64,000 bases of DNA from Geosiphon pyriformis uo1 (Eukaryota > Fungi > Glomeromycota). Location of the stretch: contig JAAOMT010000402.1 in the NCBI GenBank assembly GCA_016748015.1, positions 6,983 to 70,982 on the forward strand, in the 5' to 3' direction. The notes under the pieces were generated by a model. The model saw nothing but the letters and a program-made list of their open reading frames with translations, was not told the origin of the DNA and did not search any database. A program made the translations under genes and the position numbers. Shown piece by piece: positions 55,371 through 64,000 of the stretch; position 1 is the first letter of the stretch, and each line of letters opens with the position of its first letter.

Positions 55371-56955
55371 CTAAATTCTTGGATTTTTGATTGCTTGGTT
55401 GTTTGTTGTATTTCCTTGAATATTATTAGCCTTTGTTGAGCGGCGACGATATAAAATAAATACAAAAGCTGATCCTAAAAATATTAAACCAATTGAAGCA
55501 AGAGGGACTCCAATAATAAGTGCTAAATTCTTCGGATTTTTTTGTGGAGCAGGAGTTACTGGAATTTCGTGGATTACAGTGGGGGTCAATGGAACTACAT
55601 AATTTTGTAGCCACTTAAAAGCTCCATTAGTTATGTCGAATATTCTTATTTCCTTAGTCGGTTTGCTTTCTGTAGCTGTGGTATTATATTCCCCTATATT
55701 TCCAAAAAATATTATTATAAGATTTGAAATGCGGAAATTAAAAGTATCGCATTAAGAAGACTTACCAAATGCAATAATCATCAAGTTTTGATATCTTGTA
55801 GCGGTATGATAAGAGAGCACAGAAATATTGTTAGGAAGAGATTCTACAATTGGTACTGACCATGTAAATGTTTTTGTAATTAAAAACCATTAGAGGATAA
55901 GACCCCCATAAATTATGATATTGTATTCATCAGCAGCTAAACAAATATTAAATCATTTTAAAAAAAGTTAATTAATAAACATCTACAATTAATTATCAAA
56001 TTACCAAGGATTGCTATATGTGCCATCCTATATCTTAGACTAACGACGTTTTTTGCCTCCTTTTTACATTAAATAACCTTGTAAGACCATAAATTCTCAG
56101 GCTTTTCGTTAATGTTAAAAATTAATATATATATATAAAATCAGATATTAAAGTATTTATAATAAATCTCGCTCGAACTTTTGATTGCAAATTACTCTAC
56201 TCAAGTCTCCATCTGGATCTGGATAAGAATGGCCAAATTCACCAATATAAATAATGCGTCCATCTGGTAATAATGTGGCAGTATAAGAATTCCTTGGTGA
56301 AGGAGAATTTAATGGAGTGATTTGAGTCCAGGATGTAGAGTTTGTATCATATATATACATTGTTCTATCCTCTGAGTAAGTATAATATTGAGGTCCTCTT
56401 CAAACATATATTCTTCTATTTTTATCAATTATTGTCTTAATATCTCTCCTTGCCTCTGAATTTTCAAATTGATTATGACTATTTGGAACCAGATAAGTTT
56501 ATTTTATAAGTATAAATATTATACTTTTTGGGACCTATCCACTTAAAAAAAATTCTTTTGAGCGTATTTTAGTATTGGATTTCTAAGCTTAAGAAATTTA
56601 CATTTTCATCAAATAAAATAACTTCAGATATATCTTTGGTTTCTACTACCTCAGTTGATAAATAAGATAGATTTGGAGAGTTGGGTAATGTCTCAAGTTC
56701 ATAAAATGCGGGCGAATCGATGGAGAAATTTCGAGAAAGATCTAAGTACATGTTATTACTTGCAAAAATTTCATTTGAACTCATTACCCCGCTAAAGAAA
56801 TAAATTCTTTCATCAATTAGAGAAGCTATATGGGCCACCCGAGGAGATGGCGAGAAATAGGAAGAAATAAGGATCGCATCATTTTGTAATAAAACAAGTA
56901 ATATAAGAAATAGGTTTATCATTTGGGCTTTCTTGAGTGTTAAAGCAGATAACAT
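55371..56955 (-). pseudogene. Kelch type I membrane protein D, disrupted
   Basis: Paralogue of A-C; Trp-to-TGA near 56400 and a deletion plus frameshift near 55880-55905; TM followed by RRR is retained. Confidence 0.75.
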
Positions 56956-58038
56956 ATTAGGTTCATAATAATGAAGGTGGAAATGATTTAGACTTTTTAT
57001 AATTAAAACTTAACGAGGTTGTAAACATTGTGAAAATTTCTAGTTTCTTAATATGGCATCTATTCTCTTTGATTACCCATTTTTGGATCTTGGTGATTGT
57101 AAAAAATGCATATTACACCAAATTAAGATTTTCACTTAACCTCGATAGATTCGCCAAACAGTCTTTCAAAAAGTTTTACTAATAAAGAGCGTTGTGCTGG
57201 TTTAAATGCACATTTAAGCTTAAACTCTAGTGTTATATTCTATTAATAAAGTAGTAACTTGCTGCTTCATTAATAACCACTTTATATAGAATTCAGGAAA
57301 CTATGCAAGACTTGTTATTTAATATAGTATATATACATGTAGTATGTGACATTGTCCAATATAATATTGCTATAGAAATGATTATTCACTTGAGGTGATA
57401 AATATTTAGTGGCTAAGAGTTTTAGGATTTTTTGAAAATTGAACTCGGTTTAATCTTTTAGTTCATTTGATACAACATTTCTTGCTAGATGTAGAAAAAA
57501 AGTAATATCGAAGGAATACTACATTAAATTCATAAAAGATTTAATGTGCATTTACATTGTCACACCTTTATCGGTAACTAAAATTTATCATGTTTAAATA
57601 ATAATATCCATCTCATAGATAGATAATTTGTTTCAGTATGCAATATGCTAAATCTTTTTTTCTGATGCAAATATACAGTTCTGATAGAAAGTAATGTTGG
57701 ACAACTTTTTTTGGATTGGATAATTTTTTAAACACACTAAAAATTCAAGATAAAATTTACCCAAGCGAGAGCCTAAGAAATTATATTAAACTTGTTATTA
57801 AAACTATTATTAAAGAAGCTAGCGAAACGATCTGCAACCCCAACTTAAGATTTCCATTTAAACTAAAAATAGCAATAACCAGTTTAAAAATATAAATGAG
57901 GGAACCAACTAAGCATCTATTTTCATAGCTAACTTTCATTTCAGATTTCTTTGAATTATAAGTTGAAATCTTTATTTATTAGCGAGAAAAACTTTTTAAA
58001 ACTTCTTCTTTACTAATCCAAAATATTGAAGTTTGATA

Positions 58039-60160
58039 ATGCATTCTTCAACTTCATCAATTCAAAAGAAAACAATACCTCTCGAACGGCTTTAAGGAGC
58101 ATTCATAGTCATCAAAGAAAATTTGGCCCTTTTTCCAGCTAGTGAACATTCAACAAAAGTTGCTAACTTGGTGAAAGAATATCTTGTGCATAATCAGAAA
58201 ACACCTTAAGACTTATTCAATTGCTTGAATGATAAAAGTTCAAAGCGTTCGATAGACAATATTTTGCTCGGCTTTTCTTTAGAACATGGAATTGGAACTA
58301 TTCCTAATTTAACAAAAACATTTTTAGAATATCAGAAAGCAGCGAATGCAGAAGATTCTCTTGGACAATTCTTCTTAGGTTACTGCTATAGCTATGGCAT
58401 TGGTGCTTCACAAGATCGAAAAAAAGCATTTGAACTCTTTTCAAAAGCAGCAGAGGCAGGAAATCCTTTTGCACAAAACAATCTCGGATGGTGTTATCTA
58501 AATGGAATAGGAACAACGAAAAATGAGAAAAAAGCATTTGATCTCTTTTCAAAAGTAGCAGAGGCGGGACATTTAATGGCACAAAACAATCTTGGACTTT
58601 GTTATGAAGATGGGGGAACGACGAAAAACCTCTGAAAAAGCAGCAGAGGCAAATAACTTAAGTTATGGTAACAATTTTTCTAATTTGAATGCTCGCAACC
58701 TTACTTTAATGGTTCAAGATGATTTAGAACATTTCATGTTACAATTCCTAAATCGAGGTTTAAGACTCTCGGATGACTCTAAAGGGAATTTGTCGATTTT
58801 GAAGCTTTCTTCGACCAGCTTTTTGATGAATTCAAGTGTTTTAAATGTGGTAGCATGGGCATAATTATTACTGGATTTCTTATATGTCCATTTTGTGACA
58901 CTGATAATATTAATAATGATATATTTGAATCCAGATTACCGGAATGTCTGGAATGCTATCGCACATTAAAAGATCCACTTTGGTGTAATTTTTGTGAATC
59001 ATTACAATTTTCAAAGACTTGGGGTACATGGAATAGTGGAAATCATAATATTAATCACTATATAAAATATACACAAAGCGCTTCCGAAAGCTGTAGGGAA
59101 TATTTAGAATGGATTTCTCCTGACGAGATGATATTTTTAGATCAGGTGGGAATGGGAGGATTTGGTGTTGTTAAAGAAGGCAGATGGGAGAGAGGCAAAA
59201 TTCTTTTTTGGGACAAGAAAACTCAAAAGCATGAACGAGGCGGTGTTACAAAAGCTGCTTTGAAATATTTTAAAAATAGTCAAAATCTTAGAATATATCA
59301 ATTTAAATGAAGTATTTTCTTTTAAGAATATTGTTAAATTTTTATTAGCCTTAATTCTTATTCTAACACGAGAAAACATCTTAATTTAGTTCATTGCTCA
59401 TCTTCGTTGTGCCTTTTGCAAATACATCCTTGAATTCTATGGAATCACAAAAGATCTTATAAACAATGAATTCGTTATGGTTTTACCATTTGCAGAACAT
59501 GAGGACCTTAGAGCTATTCTAAAGATGAACAAGGATACTTTTACTTGATATATGTTTCTTCGTATTCTTTTTCAAGTCGCTGGTGGCCTACGATTTATAC
59601 ATGACTCAAAACTGGTGCATGGGGACTTACATCCTGGAAATATCCTTGTTTTGAAATTAAACCCCTTAAAATTAGTCATTTCCGATCTTGGATTTTGTTG
59701 TCCTGCCGATTATGCTTCACAGTCTGGGAAAATATATTGCGTTCTTGAGTATCTCGCACCCGAGATTTGCAAGGGAGCTCAAAATACTAAGTATAGCGAT
59801 ATATACAGCTTTGCTATAGTTTCCTGTGAAATTATTTCAGGAGAAAGACCTTTGAATAATACGGACCTTATTTACGATCAATTTGATGTGATTGATGGAA
59901 AGCGTCCTATAATCAAAAAACATACACCTCAATGTATTCAGGAAATGATTCAAAAAAATTGGCAATATAATCCATATTATCGTGATAGTGCAGATAACTG
60001 TAACTTAAAATGAACCTGTCCGTGAAAAAGACTTAATTCTGAAGAGATACAAGATGGTAACCATGACATGTCAAGATATAAAAGTCAATTAATCTCGCAA
60101 TCTAGAAAAAAGGAATCTGCTTCTTTTACACATGGTAAGCATCCCATTTAATTTATTTAA
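58039..60160 (+). pseudogene. SEL1-repeat + TKL kinase gene, disrupted
   Basis: About 3-4 SEL1 repeats, Cys-rich linker, GMGGFG, AALK, HGDLHPGN, DLG, APE; in-frame stops and frameshifts (e.g. near 58095, 58208, 58635, 59548, 59990); kinase tail nearly identical to 4140-4830. Confidence 0.82.
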
Positions 60161-63100
60161 CATTTAACAAATTTTTCTAATACTAACGCCTTTTTTTTTA
60201 GATATGGATTGTTCCATTAGCCTAAGTTATTCATTCAATTAAAATAGAAACCCACGAATAAATGATATAATATTTTATATTAACTATAAAAATATGAAGA
60301 ATTTTCATCAAAGAACGGGCTCTTTATAATAGTTTTAAATAATTTTTTTGTTTAAGATGATTTTGGAAACCGCTTTCTTATTTTTTTTTAATATTTTTAT
60401 ATAAAAGTATTATTCCATTTAACCATTAGTTAAGTTAATTTAATATTTTTATTCTCTAAAAAGAAACATGTATTAATCTTTTTAATATTTTTTATTAATA
60501 GCGTTGTTTTGCTGTTATGTTATTTATCAAATGAATACAAAACCCCCAAATCAATTTGACAAGAATGAATTGATGGGAGAAAGATTAATTAAAAAAAGGA
60601 GAAAATTATGTGAGCGGGGCAAAACATTAAGTGCCTTTTACTTATATTTTTAGCATAAAAGGTATTAAACGCTTCAATATAAGATTTTAAATTATTAAAA
60701 CTTATCATGATATATGTAAATATTTTCAAAGGAATGTGTTAGGGTTTTAAATCTTTATCAGAATAGAAAGTTTCTCAAAATTCTAGAATCTAAAATAGCT
60801 TAATTTCCTAAATTATAAGGTTAACCTCTTTAATTCATAAAATCAAGAAAAAAAGCGGGCAAACATGATGGTACCATAAGGTCTATTAGGCTTTTTAATG
60901 GTGATTACTTTTTTATAAATAAAGCAACAAGCATTATACTTCAATTTTTCATATCAGATTAAACCTACAAAAACTGAATCAGACCCTAATCTTCTAATAT
61001 TGAATAGACCATTCAGAGAGGCAAATAAACGAGGTCATTCAACTCATTTTGATGAACGCGTTACAATTGATTCAGGGAAAGATTATTTATCACAAGAAAT
61101 TTCAAAATCAAATCTTGTTAGGAAAAGAGGATAAATATTTTGTGATGAAAAGTTAGATGATGACGTGGAAATAAAACCTTTAGACAAAAATTCGCAAAGC
61201 AAACCGAAAAATGAGTATAATAATTCTAAATTAATTTTTTATGAATTCTTTGCTTCTAATAAAAAAAAAGGGGATATTGACGAAAAGAGGGGTATTGAAA
61301 CAAACGGTTTTAACAGTCTTCTAGTTTACAAAGATATGTCTCTTCTTTGTTGAAATTATCTTGATTGGAATCAAAGTGATGAAGGGGTCGTATATTTATC
61401 ACACTACCTTAATGTTTGTTTCGAATGTATAGATTTTATGAACAAAATTCAATATGACAACCAGATAAACTACTTTTTCCAAACATTAGCCTTATAAATG
61501 TACTTTATAAAGATGCAGTAGCATCAACAAGTGAAGCAGGTAAGTGAGAACTTTAAAAAAAAAAAAAAAAGATACCATTAACAGTATTAATTTATTTGCT
61601 TCTGATTTTTTTATTGGTTCCAGTGTTGGGTAAACTTTTTGTTTGTAGGTATGCGTTTGGGCCAAAAAAGGGACTTTACAATAAGTTGAAAAAAGATACA
61701 CCAGTGGGATAAGTTTGACAAAATCTGTAATTTTCATTTTTATTATTTCCCATCAATCTCTGTTTAATGGAGAACCCATTTTGAAACACAGGAATCGTAT
61801 ATGCACTTAAGAGTTGCCAAAGTGTCTGTCTATTCTTCACGTTATAACCAGGATGTGAATGCAGTTGTTACCAGTTTAATCTATGTGTGAAGACAAAAAA
61901 GGGCAGAGGCCAGTGGAATTTTCATATGTGTGTATGTATGTATGTATGTATGTAAGTGTGTGGTAAAAATGGATATCAATCTTGAGATGTTATAACTATT
62001 CCAAAAGTCTCTTATAACTAGTAAAGGCTCAAAAATCTGAAATAGAAAGAGCAGAAAATTCTTATCAATTTAAATCTATAGGTTTCAAGCTATTAAAGAT
62101 CGCTCAGTTTTTAAGAGGCCTAAGATGACAGCATATATTTTTTGTGTAAGAAAATAAAAAAAAAAGGTTTATACTCAAAAAATCATTCTTTTTTTGGGGT
62201 CTTAAAACTAAAACAAGATTATCCTCAAAATTATCTTTTTTAGCATTATTTAAAATTGAAAAGATTTTTTTGGTGCAACAATTAATCTTTTGTACAGCAA
62301 TGTACTCAAAAAGTTATTGTTTTTGAGCGAATATACAGCAAGATACATATTTATGCATGTACTTTACGTGGGGGGGGGGGGGGGGGGNNNNNNNNNNNNN
62401 NNNNNNNNNNNNNNNNNNNNNNNNNNNNNNNNNNNNNNNNNNNNNNNNNNNNNNNNNNNNNNNNNNNNNNNNNNNNNNNNNNNNNNNNNNNNNNNNNNNN
62501 NNNNNNNNNNNNNNNNNNNNNNNNNNNNNNNNNNNNNNNNNNNNNNNNNNNNNNNNNNNNNNNNNNNNNNNNNNNNNNNNNNNNNNNNNNNNNNNNNNNN
62601 NNNNNNNNNNNNNNNNNNNNNNNNNNNNNNNNNNNNNNNNNNNNNNNNNNNNNNNNNNNNNNNNNNNNNNNNNNNNNNNNNNNNNNNGGGGGTTTTTTAA
62701 TTAAACAATCGATTATGTCAATATTAGTTGATAATCAAAATTGTGAAACAATTGTTTAGGAAAAAAAAACTCGTTTAAAAAGTTATCTATGGGAAAGAGG
62801 TTCGAAAATTAGATTTTCCAATAATAAAAAACTTGTCAAATACTATTAAATGATTCATTTTACACTGTGTGTTGGTTTGACTTGTAATTATTTAATTTTC
62901 TTCCTTTTGACACTCAAAATATTTTTTTCCAAGCTTTTGTTTATATAAATAAAATAATTATCGAAATTCACAAATCAATTGTAAACAAACATACATGGAT
63001 ATTAAATAGCTTGTTATTAGAAAATAATATAGTCTAACTTTCGAAATTCTTGATCAAACATTACTTTCCATCAAGTATTTCTCAATTTCTTATAAAAAGA

Positions 63101-63330
63101 ACAGTTGAGTTTCTTCTACTTTTAGTCATCAAAATTTAATATTGATTCAAAAATAAAAACTTGAACTAAATTTCACACCAGATTTTCCAATGCTATTATT
63201 TTAACAAGTTATTTCAAAGCTTTTTTATTTATCCAACCAAAAATTTCGAGAAATTCAATTTTGTCTGTAGTGTTATCAGTTATTTCTCCATGGAAATCAT
63301 TCTTTAAAGTTAATGAGAGTAGAGTGAACA

Positions 63331-63367
<37 letters not shown>

Positions 63368-63765
63368 AATTTGATAATAAATATGTTTTCAAAGTGGGTT
63401 GTATTTGTAAGGGAAATTTAAAGATCAACAAATTTCTGTATAGCTTGGCTTGAAATAACAATTCTTGGGCCGAGAAAATAATGAGTTGAGTTGGCACTTT
63501 AATAATTAAAATTGAATTTCTGTCATAGAAACAAAAATAACGAAAGAAACTTTCTGGCTATTATTGATGTGACAAAAAGATGTGAGATTTACCAAATTTA
63601 TCATTGAATCTAGTAATTGAGTTGATTTCGGAGAAGCATATATTTGATCCCTTTTGAAAATATCAGATATAATGGTGGTGGTGATACTTGAAGCCTAAAA
63701 AAAATGGAAATTAATTAAACGGCTATTATAGCTCAACTAACAAATCAAATCAAAAAGCTTTTTAT

Positions 63766-63963
63766 TTAATAGAAAATTCGATTACCATTTCCTTCTATAA
63801 TTAGTTCACAACGTCACTTCTTCTAGCCTTTTAAGAAGGCAATAGACTGTGGTAAAAGGGACGTTTGTTTGAGCTTGTATTTCTTTTTCCATTTTGTATA
63901 CCCTCCTTCCTTCCACAAATGTAACACGGCTTGGCGTTTCATCTCTGTCTTGGAAACCGATAT
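63766..63963 (-). mobile_element. Internally deleted Tc1-family relic
   Basis: The minus strand gives SVSKTEMKRQAVLHLWKE..EIQAQTNVPFTTVYCLLKRL joined to CELIIEGNGNRIFY*, matching the N- and C-termini of the 53767-54730 transposase (..EMIIETNGERISY*). Confidence 0.65.
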
Positions 63964-64000
63964 TTCAAAGTAAAGTTTTTTTAAAAAAGTTATTTACAAC

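Noticed and set aside
62290-62704. ORFs spanning the N-run (also 3906-4226 and 3935-4147)
   Set aside because: Artefacts of assembly gaps.

Overview
Very AT-rich, intron-containing eukaryotic DNA. The gene content (SEL1-repeat/tyrosine-kinase-like kinases, signal-peptide Kelch-TM proteins, an expanded lipase class 3 family, Tc1/mariner relics) is typical of Glomeromycotina (arbuscular mycorrhizal-type) fungi; this taxonomy is an inference. The window holds two decayed SEL1-kinase genes, a cluster of four membrane-anchored lipase-3 paralogues (three lack the catalytic Ser), four Kelch-TM paralogues (two look intact, two are pseudogenes), one canonical lipase, one kinase and two Tc1 relics. The main finding is absent from the ORF track: six copies of a 132-bp gene for a 43-aa peptide ending in a CAAX prenylation motif (MQPTTNNQSSFNPLSIIAPGNGSIKGPTGDPDDGSGTGQ-CSIM*). 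Four copies encode an identical peptide despite many synonymous changes, one is a variant and one is frameshifted. All six have a conserved TATA box, and four sit in an ~8-kb palindrome. This matches the architecture of a-factor-type lipopeptide mating-pheromone precursor genes of Dikarya, which I do not know to be described from this fungal lineage. Exon boundaries were read by eye and are approximate.
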